Shown: piece after piece, positions 10,604-18,860 of the stretch
How positions within the stretch are numbered: the first letter of the stretch is position 1
Layout of the letters: each line of letters opens with the position of its first letter
Sequence record: LC788708.1
Strand: one strand, 5' to 3'
Length of the DNA: 64,000 bases
Origin: Escherichia coli phage AZ21
Position numbers and translations under genes: made by a program
The notes under the pieces: model-generated
Databases searched by the model: none
What the model saw: the letters and a program-made list of their open reading frames with translations, nothing else
Told to the model about the DNA's origin: nothing

Positions 10604-10633
10604 ATATTTTTAAATTGATGAAACGAGGCTATT

Positions 10634-10951
10634 ATGACTTTTCATATTTTGATTGATGATGTGCGTAATCTTCACGGAATGGACATTATCATTCGAACCC
10701 CAGAAGCCGCTGTAGAGTTTCTGAATAAAACTGATACCACAGGCCACTTCGTTTATATGGATAATGACTTGGCTGTAGATGGTATGGAAGGTTATCAAAT
10801 TCTTCGTTTACTCTTAGAATTTGGGCAGAGACCAAAGAAAGTGGTACTAGTAACCTCAAACCCAGTAGCTAAGCAAAATATGCGTAATGATTTGCTTGAC
10901 TTAGGGTATAAAGAAAATCCCAATCGTGTTGAATATGATTGGCAGGAGTAA
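10634..10951 (+). CDS. CheY-like receiver-domain protein (stand-alone)
   Basis: ILIDDV acidic pocket, YMDNDLAVDGMEG (Asp + MDG-like), VVLVTSN (conserved Thr/Ser) in receiver-domain order; 105 aa. Confidence 0.4.
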   Translation: MTFHILIDDVRNLHGMDIIIRTPEAAVEFLNKTDTTGHFVYMDNDLAVDGMEGYQILRLLLEFGQRPKKVVLVTSNPVAKQNMRNDLLDLGYKENPNRVEYDWQE

Positions 10952-10956
10952 AAAGA

Positions 10957-11406
10957 ATGAAGGCAGCTTTGCTTTTAGTAGCTGCCCTTACCTTCAGCTT
11001 TAGTAGTCAGGCATCGCACGATGCAAAAGAAATAGATTGCATTGCTAAAAATATCTATTTCGAGAGTCGCGGTGAGGGCATAAAGGGAATGACGGCGGTT
11101 GCACATGTTACTAAAAACCGTGTAAACTCCGGTAAATTCCCAGATTCCTACTGTAAAGTAGTATATCAGTCTAACCAGTTCTCTTGGGTATCTAAGAGAC
11201 CAAAAGTTGATAAAACTGATGAGGCTTGGCAAACCGCTAAGAATTTAGCTAGAGTGATATACTACGTTGATTTACCACAAGATCCTACGTATGGAGCACT
11301 ATACTTCCATAGTGGTAAAGATAAACCTTACTGGACAAAGAAGTTTAAGAAAACAACTAAGATTAAGGGACATACGTTTTATAAACCTGTTGTCACTAAA
11401 ACTTAA
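10957..11406 (+). CDS. SleB-like cell wall hydrolase with signal peptide
   Basis: Signal peptide MKAALLLVAALTFSFSSQA; YFESRGEG...AVAHVTKNRV...QFSW pattern typical of the SleB hydrolase family. Confidence 0.55.
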   Translation: MKAALLLVAALTFSFSSQASHDAKEIDCIAKNIYFESRGEGIKGMTAVAHVTKNRVNSGKFPDSYCKVVYQSNQFSWVSKRPKVDKTDEAWQTAKNLARVIYYVDLPQDPTYGALYFHSGKDKPYWTKKFKKTTKIKGHTFYKPVVTKT

Positions 11407-11414
11407 AAATTTAC

Positions 11415-11443
11415 TTGCTTAGCTACTTAAATTTCTGTATAAT
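11415..11443 (+). promoter_or_regulatory. sigma70 promoter (T5 early type)
   Basis: TTGCTT-17-TATAAT. Confidence 0.65.
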
Positions 11444-11474
11444 ACTTTCATAAATTAATGAGAGGAAGCGAAAT

Positions 11475-11645
11475 ATGAAATCAGTTGTAATTATTGGTGT
11501 TAACACTCGCGGTATTCGTACTACGAAAACTGTTAAAACTTCTAACGTTGCTGAAATCACTACGAACCCTAAAAAGTTTGATTTCGCCAAAGTCTCAGCA
11601 GTTATGACAGAACAATCTTTTAACCAAGCATTGGGGATGAAATAA
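11475..11645 (+). CDS. hypothetical small protein (56 aa, below ORF-track cutoff)
   Basis: Promoter plus RBS GAGAGGAAG then ATG; stop overlaps next start (ATAATG). Confidence 0.4.
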   Translation: MKSVVIIGVNTRGIRTTKTVKTSNVAEITTNPKKFDFAKVSAVMTEQSFNQALGMK

Positions 11646-12079
11646 TGGGTGAAAATATTCTAATGACCCTTCGTGGACTGCTTAGTCTAGCACGTACCCA
11701 CGGTGATAAGGAGAGGGCACTTAATCTTCAGACCATGATTGGTGATCTGCAACGTATTGATAAAGACATTGTTACTCGAACCGAGTTCGTAGCCTATCTG
11801 AAAGCTCAGATTAAGGCTCTAGAAAATGCAAAACAACGCGCTATTAAAGTTGGTACGGAAGTTCCTACTGATGTAGACTATGAGCAACTGCTTTATTCCA
11901 TGCTGCAAGAGTATCAGCCAAGTCAACTGACTGAAGTTCAGATTCGTGAGTATTTTGCAGAACTGGTTAAATTAAACCCAGGTATTACCAAAGCTCTATT
12001 AATGAAAACTATTAAGGCAGAATTTCCTGGACGTTATGACGGTAAAACAACTGCTTTGATTGCTAGTGAATTTTTCTAA
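11645..12079 (+). CDS. hypothetical protein
   Basis: 144 aa, coupled to upstream small ORF. Confidence 0.45.
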   Translation: MGENILMTLRGLLSLARTHGDKERALNLQTMIGDLQRIDKDIVTRTEFVAYLKAQIKALENAKQRAIKVGTEVPTDVDYEQLLYSMLQEYQPSQLTEVQIREYFAELVKLNPGITKALLMKTIKAEFPGRYDGKTTALIASEFF

Positions 12080-12087
12080 AAATTCAC

Positions 12088-12116
12088 TTGCTAAATGCTT
12101 ATAAATTCTATATAAT
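12088..12116 (+). promoter_or_regulatory. sigma70 promoter (T5 early type) ahead of tRNA cluster
   Basis: TTGCTA-17-TATAAT. Confidence 0.65.
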
Positions 12117-12193
12117 ATATTCATAAATTAGATGATAATTAGGCATCTAATTTATAAATAGTGGGGTGTGGAAATCACTTATGTAGTAACACT

Positions 12194-12265
12194 GCCGTCC
12201 TAGTATAATTGGTATTATCAAGCCGTAACTGGTGGAAGATGTAGGTTCGAATCCTACGGTCGGTA
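12194..12265 (+). tRNA. tRNA-like element, isotype undetermined
   Basis: Perfect T-arm GTAGG-TTCGAAT-CCTAC and D-loop GG, but acceptor and anticodon stems did not pair cleanly by eye. Confidence 0.35.
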
Positions 12266-12767
12266 AGAACTGGATAACTGATGCTTTTAACGTAAAAGCT
12301 TCCGAGGTTAGTTGCGCACTGCCTAAACCACGCGGTAGTTGGTTCCAGACTAACCAACCAGTCTGCTGAATAGTTTTATTACGATTTAACTATGTCCAGG
12401 CTAAAGAAGAACTTTAGAAGGTATTCTAGGATAGTGAAGTTCTTTCTCCACATCGGAGTAGTTTTTCAAGCTATCCACAAAGTGGGAAATGCTGACATGA
12501 GAGATGTCACTAATGGTGCACAATAGCACAGGTAATTCGCGATAATTCCTGTTGAGTAGCAGCAAAAGGCGGGAAGTCATGACCCCAAGCCTAACCGAGT
12601 CCTCAATATACCGCAGGGCATAACCACTAAGTCACCCTGACTTAAACTGGAAAATAATAGACGTTACTGTATTTTGTCTTGAAATACTTAATGAGTGAGA
12701 CTTATGACTCTCCCGGTATCGTCTGTATTTTTAAGAGTTTTTACGAGAGTTCTTAAAAATACTTAAA

Positions 12768-12842
12768 CGGGGTGTAGTCTAAGGGAGAGGCAGGAGTCTT
12801 CTAAATTCCTTTATGCAGGTTCGAATCCTGTCACCTCGGCCA
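12768..12842 (+). tRNA. tRNA-Arg (anticodon UCU), CCA encoded
   Basis: Acceptor CGGGGTG/CACCTCG, anticodon stem GGAGT/ATTCC with loop CTTCTAA, T-arm GCAGG-TTCGAAT-CCTGT. Confidence 0.65.
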
Positions 12843-12876
12843 ATTTTATTAACTGTAACTAAAACAAAGGAAACAT

Positions 12877-13824
12877 ATGTTTAATACTAAAAATATGAAA
12901 GAATTGACTTCTGAGCAGAAAGTAATTCGTACTATTAAACGTTGGGGTATTGGTGCTGTAGTTGGTTTAGCAGGTTTAATCCTAGCTTTTAATTCGTATA
13001 CCATTGTTTCTGATGGTACGGTTAAAACCCAAACATTCCTGGGTAAAGTAGACCCTAATCCAGTATTACCTGGTTTCCATCTTGTAAACCCGTTTGCATC
13101 TTTCGATACTTTTAGTACGAAAGATATTTCTATGAAACTGGATAAACTTCAGGTTCCTAGCCAGGATAAGTTTAAGTCTACAGTTGACATTACCGTTATG
13201 TTGCAGTTTGATGGTGCTAAAGCTCCTATTAACCGTGTTAACGCAGGTACTCAGGATCAAGCTCTGAACAAGTACGTTGAAGAGAAGATGCTGTCTACGA
13301 TTCGTGAGTTTGGTAAGTCTGTACCAAAAGCACAAGATCTGTTCGACGCTAAGATTCAGGCTCAACTGCAAACCGCTATTCAGCAAGAAGTAGAAGAGTA
13401 TGCGCGTCCTTATGGCTACACCGTTAAGCAAGTATTCCTTCAGGATATTACTCTGCCACCGGTAATCATGGAACAGGTACAAAACACCAAAGTTCGTGAA
13501 GAACAAGTTAACGCTGCAAAAGCTGAACTAGCTCGTGTTGAACAAGAAGCACAGCAGAAAGTTAAGCAAGCTGAGGCTGATCGTTCTGCTCGTGAAAATA
13601 TGGCAGTAGCTAACGAACGTGACGCAGATGCTAAACTGTATGCGGCTAAGAAAGAAGCTGAAGCTAACACCGCTCTGCAGCGTACCATCACTCCAGAGAT
13701 GATTCGCTGGAAACAGCTGGAAGTTGATATGAAACGCGCTGAAAAATATCAGGGTGGCGTTCCTCAGACTGTTGTAGGTACTGGTTATGATGGCCAGATG
13801 ATTATGGATATGCGTAATAAGTAA
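12877..13824 (+). CDS. SPFH/band-7 (prohibitin/HflKC-like) membrane protein
   Basis: N-terminal TM helix, SPFH-like core, long Ala/Glu/Gln-rich coiled-coil tail. Confidence 0.55.
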   Translation: MFNTKNMKELTSEQKVIRTIKRWGIGAVVGLAGLILAFNSYTIVSDGTVKTQTFLGKVDPNPVLPGFHLVNPFASFDTFSTKDISMKLDKLQVPSQDKFKSTVDITVMLQFDGAKAPINRVNAGTQDQALNKYVEEKMLSTIREFGKSVPKAQDLFDAKIQAQLQTAIQQEVEEYARPYGYTVKQVFLQDITLPPVIMEQVQNTKVREEQVNAAKAELARVEQEAQQKVKQAEADRSARENMAVANERDADAKLYAAKKEAEANTALQRTITPEMIRWKQLEVDMKRAEKYQGGVPQTVVGTGYDGQMIMDMRNK

Positions 13825-13848
13825 TAGTTACACGTAATCTTCGAAACA

Positions 13849-13882
13849 AGCCCGCGTTTCCTCCGAGAGCGCGGGCTTTTCT
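13849..13882 (+). terminator. rho-independent terminator
   Basis: AGCCCGCG...CGCGGGCT hairpin followed by TTTTCTG. Confidence 0.7.
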
Positions 13883-14027
13883 GTATTTAAGGCAAAAGAA
13901 AAGCCCATAAGTTATTCAACTAAGGTCTTTAGTACTTAATTCTTTAGAATCATATACTATTATTGCAGCAACAACGTGCTACCACTAAATGCCCTACGAT
14001 TTTCCTCTAAAAAGTTAAAAAATTCGA

Positions 14028-14056
14028 TTGCTTGAATGCTAAATTCTCTGTATAAT
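14028..14056 (+). promoter_or_regulatory. sigma70 promoter (T5 early type)
   Basis: TTGCTT-17-TATAAT then TTATAAATTTGAGAGAGG leader. Confidence 0.65.
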
Positions 14057-14086
14057 ATATTTATAAATTTGAGAGAGGAATCAAAT

Positions 14087-14383
14087 ATGAAACGCATTGT
14101 ACTTGCATTGACTCTAGTATCTACTTCTGTATTTGCTGCTCCACAACAGGAACTTTGTCAAGTTCAAGTTTGTAATAAGCTAGAACGATTTACTTTGGAT
14201 ATTTGGTCACACATTAAAGATAATATGGGTGAGCAATGTTTTGATATTGTTCTGCCAAAAGAACAAGCTGTTCCTGGTGCTGTTCTCAGCTCAGAATCAC
14301 GTTGGTGGCAAGGTTCTTCTATCAATCCAACTAAGAAGTCAGTGACACGTATCAAACAAGTGTATCAGTGCAGTGTTCAGTAA
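14087..14383 (+). CDS. small secreted Cys-containing protein
   Basis: Signal peptide MKRIVLALTLVSTSVFA; track ORF trimmed to RBS-supported ATG. Confidence 0.45.
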   Translation: MKRIVLALTLVSTSVFAAPQQELCQVQVCNKLERFTLDIWSHIKDNMGEQCFDIVLPKEQAVPGAVLSSESRWWQGSSINPTKKSVTRIKQVYQCSVQ

Positions 14384-14391
14384 AATTTCAC

Positions 14392-14420
14392 TTGCTTAAT
14401 GCCGAAATTTTCTATATAAT
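14392..14420 (+). promoter_or_regulatory. sigma70 promoter (T5 early type)
   Basis: TTGCTT-17-TATAAT. Confidence 0.65.
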
Positions 14421-14451
14421 ATATTCTATAAATTATAGATAGGAGTCATAT

Positions 14452-14970
14452 ATGACTGTTGACGAGTTAAAACAACATCTTTTATCTAGGGGCTTTGATA
14501 GTGATAAGTATCACTGTTGGCTCTCTCCACATGGATGGTTAACAGTTCCACTGTATGATTTCTCTGGCATGTTACGTGGATATCAAACATATAACCCTAG
14601 TGCAGCTAAAGGTCATGGAAAATGTCCTTCTGAAGCTAAATATTTTACGCATTCTTCTACTCAATGTCTATGGGGTTTAGAAACTCTTACAGGTAATGAA
14701 GACCTAGTATTAGTTGCAGAATCTGTATTTAAAGCTGTGGCACTACACAACGCGGGATATCCCGCACTAGCAATGCTAGGATCTTCCCCTAGCAAAGCAC
14801 TGCTAAAGCAGCTAAAATTACAACCTTTTAAAGTAGTAGCCGTAGGCGATAATGATTCTGCTGGTGAGAAGTTTGCTAAAAAACTAAATGGGTTTACTTC
14901 CCTCATGGATTTAGATGAAATGAATACAGAAAACTTGAAAAATTTTCTTGCCATGAAGCTAAATTTCTAA
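14452..14970 (+). CDS. Toprim-domain protein (primase-like fold)
   Basis: Toprim-like conserved Glu (LVLVAESVF) and DxD (VAVGDNDSAG). Confidence 0.4.
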   Translation: MTVDELKQHLLSRGFDSDKYHCWLSPHGWLTVPLYDFSGMLRGYQTYNPSAAKGHGKCPSEAKYFTHSSTQCLWGLETLTGNEDLVLVAESVFKAVALHNAGYPALAMLGSSPSKALLKQLKLQPFKVVAVGDNDSAGEKFAKKLNGFTSLMDLDEMNTENLKNFLAMKLNF

Positions 14971-14976
14971 TATAAT
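14948..14976 (+). promoter_or_regulatory. sigma70 promoter inside the 3' end of the preceding CDS, ahead of tRNA pair
   Basis: TTGCCA-17-TATAAT then CATAAATTTGG; tRNA starts about 15 nt downstream. Confidence 0.55.
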
Positions 14977-14990
14977 ATATTCATAAATTT

Positions 14991-15084
14991 GGAAGATTAA
15001 CCCTAAAGGTAAGGGAGCTGTTTGCTAAACAGCCAGTAGCTGTGGAGACACGGTGTGCCAGTTCGAATCTGGCATCTTCCTCCA
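14991..15084 (+). tRNA. tRNA-Ser (anticodon GCU), long variable arm, CCA encoded
   Basis: Acceptor GGAAGAT/ATCTTCC, anticodon stem GCTGT/ACAGC with loop TTGCTAA, T-arm GCCAG-TTCGAAT-CTGGC. Confidence 0.7.
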
Positions 15085-15089
15085 AATTT

Positions 15090-15167
15090 GGTTCTCAAGC
15101 TCATTTGGTATGAGCCGTCGCCTCATAAGCGAAAGGTAGGCAGGTTCGAATCCTCCGGGAGCCACCA
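15090..15167 (+). tRNA. tRNA with CAU anticodon (Met or Ile2), CCA encoded
   Basis: Acceptor GGTTCTC/GGGAGCC with G-U pairs, anticodon loop CTCATAA, T-loop TTCGAAT. Confidence 0.65.
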
Positions 15168-15186
15168 AATTAAATAAGGACAACTA

Positions 15187-15375
15187 ATGGAATTATTCAT
15201 AGTTTCTATTAAATTTGCACAAGATAGAGAACATTCGGACGAGTTTAAACAAGGGTACAGACTAGTAAAGGCTACATCTGAACTACATGCTATGGACAAA
15301 GTAGTAGACTATATGTATAAAGTAGAAGACGTTTACTACGTCAATGCTTTAGAAGCCTCAAAAGTAATTAACTAG
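15187..15375 (+). CDS. hypothetical protein
   Basis: RBS AAGGA then ATG. Confidence 0.3.
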   Translation: MELFIVSIKFAQDREHSDEFKQGYRLVKATSELHAMDKVVDYMYKVEDVYYVNALEASKVIN

Positions 15376-15383
15376 GAGACTAT

Positions 15384-15569
15384 ATGTCCAAATTTCAAGA
15401 ACTCAAGCAAGAGCTAGAAGAGTGTGCCTGCCCAAAATGCTTCGGAGTAGGTGAGTGGAACGATGCTGAACCCGGTGATACACGGTATAATACATACGTT
15501 TGTACATATTGTAATGGTTCTGGTATTAATCCTGAATGTGGTATTTCTCTAGACATTGAGCGAGGTTAA
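15384..15569 (+). CDS. small zinc-finger-like protein
   Basis: Two CxxCxGxG-like motifs (CPKCFGVG, CTYCNGSG). Confidence 0.4.
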   Translation: MSKFQELKQELEECACPKCFGVGEWNDAEPGDTRYNTYVCTYCNGSGINPECGISLDIERG

Positions 15570-15909
15570 GATGGATATTTTTACTACTCCGGCAATAAAC
15601 CTTTTAGGTGTTGGCTTGTTCCAAGCTACGGTGTATCGTACTGATGATTCTACTGATGTGGTAACGTTCATCGTACCTGAGTTCTTCCTAGAAAAGTTCT
15701 TTGAAGAGTTTGAGCAGTTCCGTGAAGAACACAATGCTCATTCCGATATGGAAGATCTAGCAGCTATGTTCCCTGCGGTTTACGGCTATATCTTTGAAGG
15801 TAATGGCCTAGATCTTAATAAATCTGAACTCGTTGAACTTAACTGGGGCATCAATTTTGAAGTTGGCTCTCCATTCCCTCGATATTTCCAGGGTTTAGAG
15901 ATTCGCTAA
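15556..15909 (+). CDS. hypothetical acidic protein
   Basis: Start overlaps upstream stop. Confidence 0.4.
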   Translation: MSEVKMDIFTTPAINLLGVGLFQATVYRTDDSTDVVTFIVPEFFLEKFFEEFEQFREEHNAHSDMEDLAAMFPAVYGYIFEGNGLDLNKSELVELNWGINFEVGSPFPRYFQGLEIR

Positions 15910-15917
15910 GATTACAT

Positions 15918-15994
15918 GGGGGTGTAATCGAATTGGCATAGGTACTGGACTTAAAATTCAGGTTTTGTGGGTTCGAATCCCACCACCCCTACCA
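15918..15994 (+). tRNA. tRNA, anticodon apparently UAA (isotype uncertain), CCA encoded
   Basis: Acceptor GGGGGTG/CACCCCT, anticodon stem CTGGA/TTCAG with loop CTTAAAA, T-arm GTGGG-TTCGAAT-CCCAC; short variable loop is atypical for Leu. Confidence 0.5.
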
Positions 15995-16145
15995 AATTAA
16001 GGAAATAAAATGAAAGCTATTAAGAAAGCACTGCGTAAATTTATGTATTGTCGTTTTCATAGCATCAAGGCTTCAACTAATGGTACTACTTACGATCGCT
16101 ATGATCCTAAGTTTGGCTTACATTCTAAATAACTGGAGAAAACAA

Positions 16146-16352
16146 ATGGCTAATCCTGAAATTACGGCACAACGCTTTATGCTGAAAGGAATTATTGCTG
16201 AAGCAGGCATGACAGAAGAAGTTGCAGATTTTCAAAAGCAATTCCTCAATATTCTCACTCAAGCCAAAGAGCTAGGAGAGAAAGAACATGGCGCGGCTAT
16301 TATGGCAATCACATTGGTTGGGCTTGATCTGGCTGAAGAATCAGGAGTTTAA
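16146..16352 (+). CDS. hypothetical protein
   Basis: RBS CTGGAG then ATG; track ORF trimmed. Confidence 0.35.
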   Translation: MANPEITAQRFMLKGIIAEAGMTEEVADFQKQFLNILTQAKELGEKEHGAAIMAITLVGLDLAEESGV

Positions 16353-16382
16353 CTCCTCCAAGCAGAAATTTTAAAAATGTAC

Positions 16383-16412
16383 TTGCTTTTTGCTTAAGAT
16401 TTCTGCTATAAT
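16383..16412 (+). promoter_or_regulatory. sigma70 promoter (T5 early type)
   Basis: TTGCTT-18-TATAAT then AAGTTGATGAGAGG leader. Confidence 0.6.
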
Positions 16413-16441
16413 AGTTATATAAGTTGATGAGAGGAATCAGA

Positions 16442-16717
16442 ATGTTAAAACGTTTTGCAGCAACTGGTATTGAAAGCTCAGTATGTAAATCCTGGGGTGG
16501 TTGGGAAGGTGAGATCGAGTGGCTTCAGTTCTACAATGTAGAACTTCTTCCAGAGATCAAAGCTCAATGTATTGAGGCTGGTATGGCTCCTGATGCTACG
16601 GCTGATGTTGAAATCAGCATGAATAAGCTAGAGGGTCGAGTAGTCACTGTTACTGATGAAGGTGAAGAGGTATTCGAACTTCCATTCACTTTGAAAGTCA
16701 CTCCTTCATTTGATTAA
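16442..16717 (+). CDS. hypothetical protein
   Basis: RBS GAGAGGAATC then ATG. Confidence 0.4.
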   Translation: MLKRFAATGIESSVCKSWGGWEGEIEWLQFYNVELLPEIKAQCIEAGMAPDATADVEISMNKLEGRVVTVTDEGEEVFELPFTLKVTPSFD

Positions 16718-16753
16718 CTGATACAGCACTGAGCAAGTTCTTTAAAATTTGAC

Positions 16754-16782
16754 TTGCTCAGTGCCTTAAAACTTGATATAAT
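16754..16782 (+). promoter_or_regulatory. sigma70 promoter ahead of tRNA-Tyr
   Basis: TTGCTC-17-TATAAT. Confidence 0.6.
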
Positions 16783-16847
16783 ATTTATCTAATTTGGAAA
16801 CATATTTAAAAGTGTTTAAATGAGAATTTTTGAATACTTCTAAATAT

Positions 16848-16935
16848 GGGCGTTTATTCCGTAAGTGGTAGCGGAGGGGATTGTAAATCCCTGGTCATTG
16901 CGACTCGAGTGGTTCGACTCCATTAACGCCCACCA
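16848..16935 (+). tRNA. tRNA-Tyr (anticodon GUA), long variable arm, CCA encoded
   Basis: Acceptor GGGCGTT/AACGCCC, anticodon stem GGGGA/TCCCT with loop TTGTAAA, T-loop TTCGACT. Confidence 0.7.
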
Positions 16936-16952
16936 AATTAAAGGTAAAGGAT

Positions 16953-17144
16953 ATGTATATTGATCGGATAATTCAAGAAGCTGCAAATAGGGGTATTATA
17001 CAGTTGGGTTCACCCGCTGATATAAATAAAGATCTAATATTAGAAAGCCTCACATTTGGTACAGCTAACTTTGGTCGCGATAGTAATCGTCGATATAGCT
17101 TGAAGTTATCTGCACTATCTTTTATCAAGTATAACAAATTATAG
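16953..17144 (+). CDS. hypothetical protein
   Basis: 63 aa between two tRNAs; weak support. Confidence 0.25.
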   Translation: MYIDRIIQEAANRGIIQLGSPADINKDLILESLTFGTANFGRDSNRRYSLKLSALSFIKYNKL

Positions 17145-17218
17145 TTAGTTGGCAGAGTGGTTATGCACCTCCTTCATACGGAGCGACTACAGTGGTTCAA
17201 CTCCACTACTAACTACCA
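17143..17218 (+). tRNA. tRNA with CAU anticodon (Met or Ile2), CCA encoded
   Basis: Acceptor AGTTAGT/ACTAACT, anticodon loop TTCATAC, T-arm AGTGG-TTCAACT-CCACT. Confidence 0.6.
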
Positions 17219-17401
17219 AAGATAAGATCAGGCCTTTGTGCCAGATCTCTGTGTTTATTAAACTGAATGGGACTATCAATCCACAAGCCGGACTACGAGC
17301 GATTATCGGGTATTCACTTAATAAACAGCCTGCCTCCCAGTTTTTATCTTGCTTCTGGGTTAACAAAAAGCTGAGCCAAATTCTAACATCAGGGAGATCT
17401 A

Positions 17402-17770
17402 ATGAAAGCATATCAAAGTCTTAAGTCTGGCGTAATTAACCTTGTTCATGATAACCAGATCATTCAGCTATATTCTAAAGATGGTGAACTTAAACAAAAG
17501 GTTCTAGTTGAAGATCTAGAGGGTATCACACCTCATTTTGACCCTGAGGCCTTCCGCATTGTAGATGTAGAAGTGGTTCCTCAAGTCGAGGGTGGTCAGC
17601 ACCTAAATGTCAATGTGTTAAGCCGTGATCAGCTTTTGGATGCACAGAAACATCCTGAAAAATATCCTCAGTTGACCATCCGTGTCTCTGGCTATGCTGT
17701 TCGATTTAACGCATTGACGCGTGAACAACAGAACGACGTTATTAGTCGTACATTTACTCAGGCGATATAA
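17402..17770 (+). CDS. grcA: GrcA/YfiD-like autonomous glycyl-radical cofactor protein
   Basis: C-terminus [12 protein letters not shown]...[40 protein letters not shown] is near-identical to the PFL/GrcA glycyl-radical domain (RVSGYAVRF radical motif); RBS GGGAG. Confidence 0.8.
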   Translation: MKAYQSLKSGVINLVHDNQIIQLYSKDGELKQKVLVEDLEGITPHFDPEAFRIVDVEVVPQVEGGQHLNVNVLSRDQLLDAQKHPEKYPQLTIRVSGYAVRFNALTREQQNDVISRTFTQAI

Positions 17771-17851
17771 TGGGGTTTGGATACGATTTCTCCCAACTAC
17801 GCAAGGTAGTCGAGCAAACTCCATTTATCTCCCAAGTTTTAGGAGAAATGT

Positions 17852-18151
17852 GTGGATCGAGCATTAAGACGCCATCACCGGCAACGTGTGAAAAACAATC
17901 GCAAGAAGTATTGGACAGTCTTCCCACATGAAGAAAGCCCTAAGAGGTTAGGCATTATCACTACCACTCCTTGCATCTGTTCTTGTTGGATGTGTGGGAA
18001 TCCTCGCAAATACTATAAGAATAGTAAAGCAGGCATGAAAATTTCGGAGATTAAAAAGATGGATGCAATGATTATGGGCATCACCTTTACAGGTGGTATC
18101 TCTGATGAATTCGACGGTTTTGTAACTCAGGATATTGTCGAAATTATCTAA
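17852..18151 (+). CDS. hypothetical Arg-rich, Cys-cluster protein (GTG start)
   Basis: RBS AGGAG 6 nt before GTG; CICSCWMCG cluster. Confidence 0.35.
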   Translation: MDRALRRHHRQRVKNNRKKYWTVFPHEESPKRLGIITTTPCICSCWMCGNPRKYYKNSKAGMKISEIKKMDAMIMGITFTGGISDEFDGFVTQDIVEII

Positions 18152-18161
18152 TTAATAATAA

Positions 18162-18196
18162 ACCCCAGCTATTGAATACGTAGTCTGGGGTTTTCT
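18162..18196 (+). terminator. rho-independent terminator
   Basis: CCCCAG...CTGGGG hairpin then TTTTCTTG. Confidence 0.65.
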
Positions 18197-18215
18197 TGTA
18201 TATAGGATTTTCGAA

Positions 18216-18401
18216 ATGAAAATTTTTAAAGTGAACTATAGCGGCCTGTGGTTAGGTGGTACAGCTATTGTTGTTGCGGAAACTGCGGAAGAAGCAATCG
18301 AACTGGCTAGAAATCATAGAAGTTCTATAGAATTCGAGAATGTGACAGCAGAAGAACTCCCTAGCAGTGGGGTAGTATACAACGATAACGGAGACTACTA
18401 A
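18216..18401 (+). CDS. hypothetical protein
   Basis: 61 aa. Confidence 0.3.
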   Translation: MKIFKVNYSGLWLGGTAIVVAETAEEAIELARNHRSSIEFENVTAEELPSSGVVYNDNGDY

Positions 18402-18460
18402 ATGTTATATTTTGAAGTTAGACCACATTAAGTTACTTTAACAGACTTAATGGAGGTATT

Positions 18461-18814
18461 ATGAGCCGTACATATCGTAAACAATCGGGGAATCGTCACT
18501 GGCGTGATGCACATCGTTCTAAATTCAACTTTACTCTTGGGTACAATCGTCGTTTCTTTGCTTTGAAGGAGCCAGCAGTCCCGTATACTAGAGAAGAAGT
18601 TGAAAAGGAATTACAAGACGATATCATTAAATATGAGAAGAAGGATGGTTATAACTGGAATTCCATTAGTAAGAATGTTAAGTGGCACTCTAATAAAATG
18701 GTTCGTCAAGGGAATCGTCAAGAACTTCACCGCGTGATGAAAGATCCAGAAAATTACGACTATAATCGCGATCATGACATGCGTAAGCGTGGGTTATGGT
18801 GGTGCTATGACTAA
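18461..18814 (+). CDS. hypothetical basic protein
   Basis: RBS GGAGG then ATG. Confidence 0.4.
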   Translation: MSRTYRKQSGNRHWRDAHRSKFNFTLGYNRRFFALKEPAVPYTREEVEKELQDDIIKYEKKDGYNWNSISKNVKWHSNKMVRQGNRQELHRVMKDPENYDYNRDHDMRKRGLWWCYD

Positions 18815-18831
18815 ATTCTGAAATAATTCAT

Positions 18832-18860
18832 TTGCTAAACCTCTCTTTTCTTGCTATAAT
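18832..18860 (+). promoter_or_regulatory. sigma70 promoter (T5 early type)
   Basis: TTGCTA-17-TATAAT then ATAAATTGATGAGAGAGG leader. Confidence 0.65.

Noticed and set aside
12175-12357. 60 aa minus-strand ORF
   Set aside because: It overlaps the tRNA-like element and promoter region and has no RBS.
17149-17424. 91 aa plus-strand ORF and 74 aa minus-strand ORF
   Set aside because: They overlap the tRNA at 17143-17218 and the upstream region of the GrcA-like gene; no RBS.
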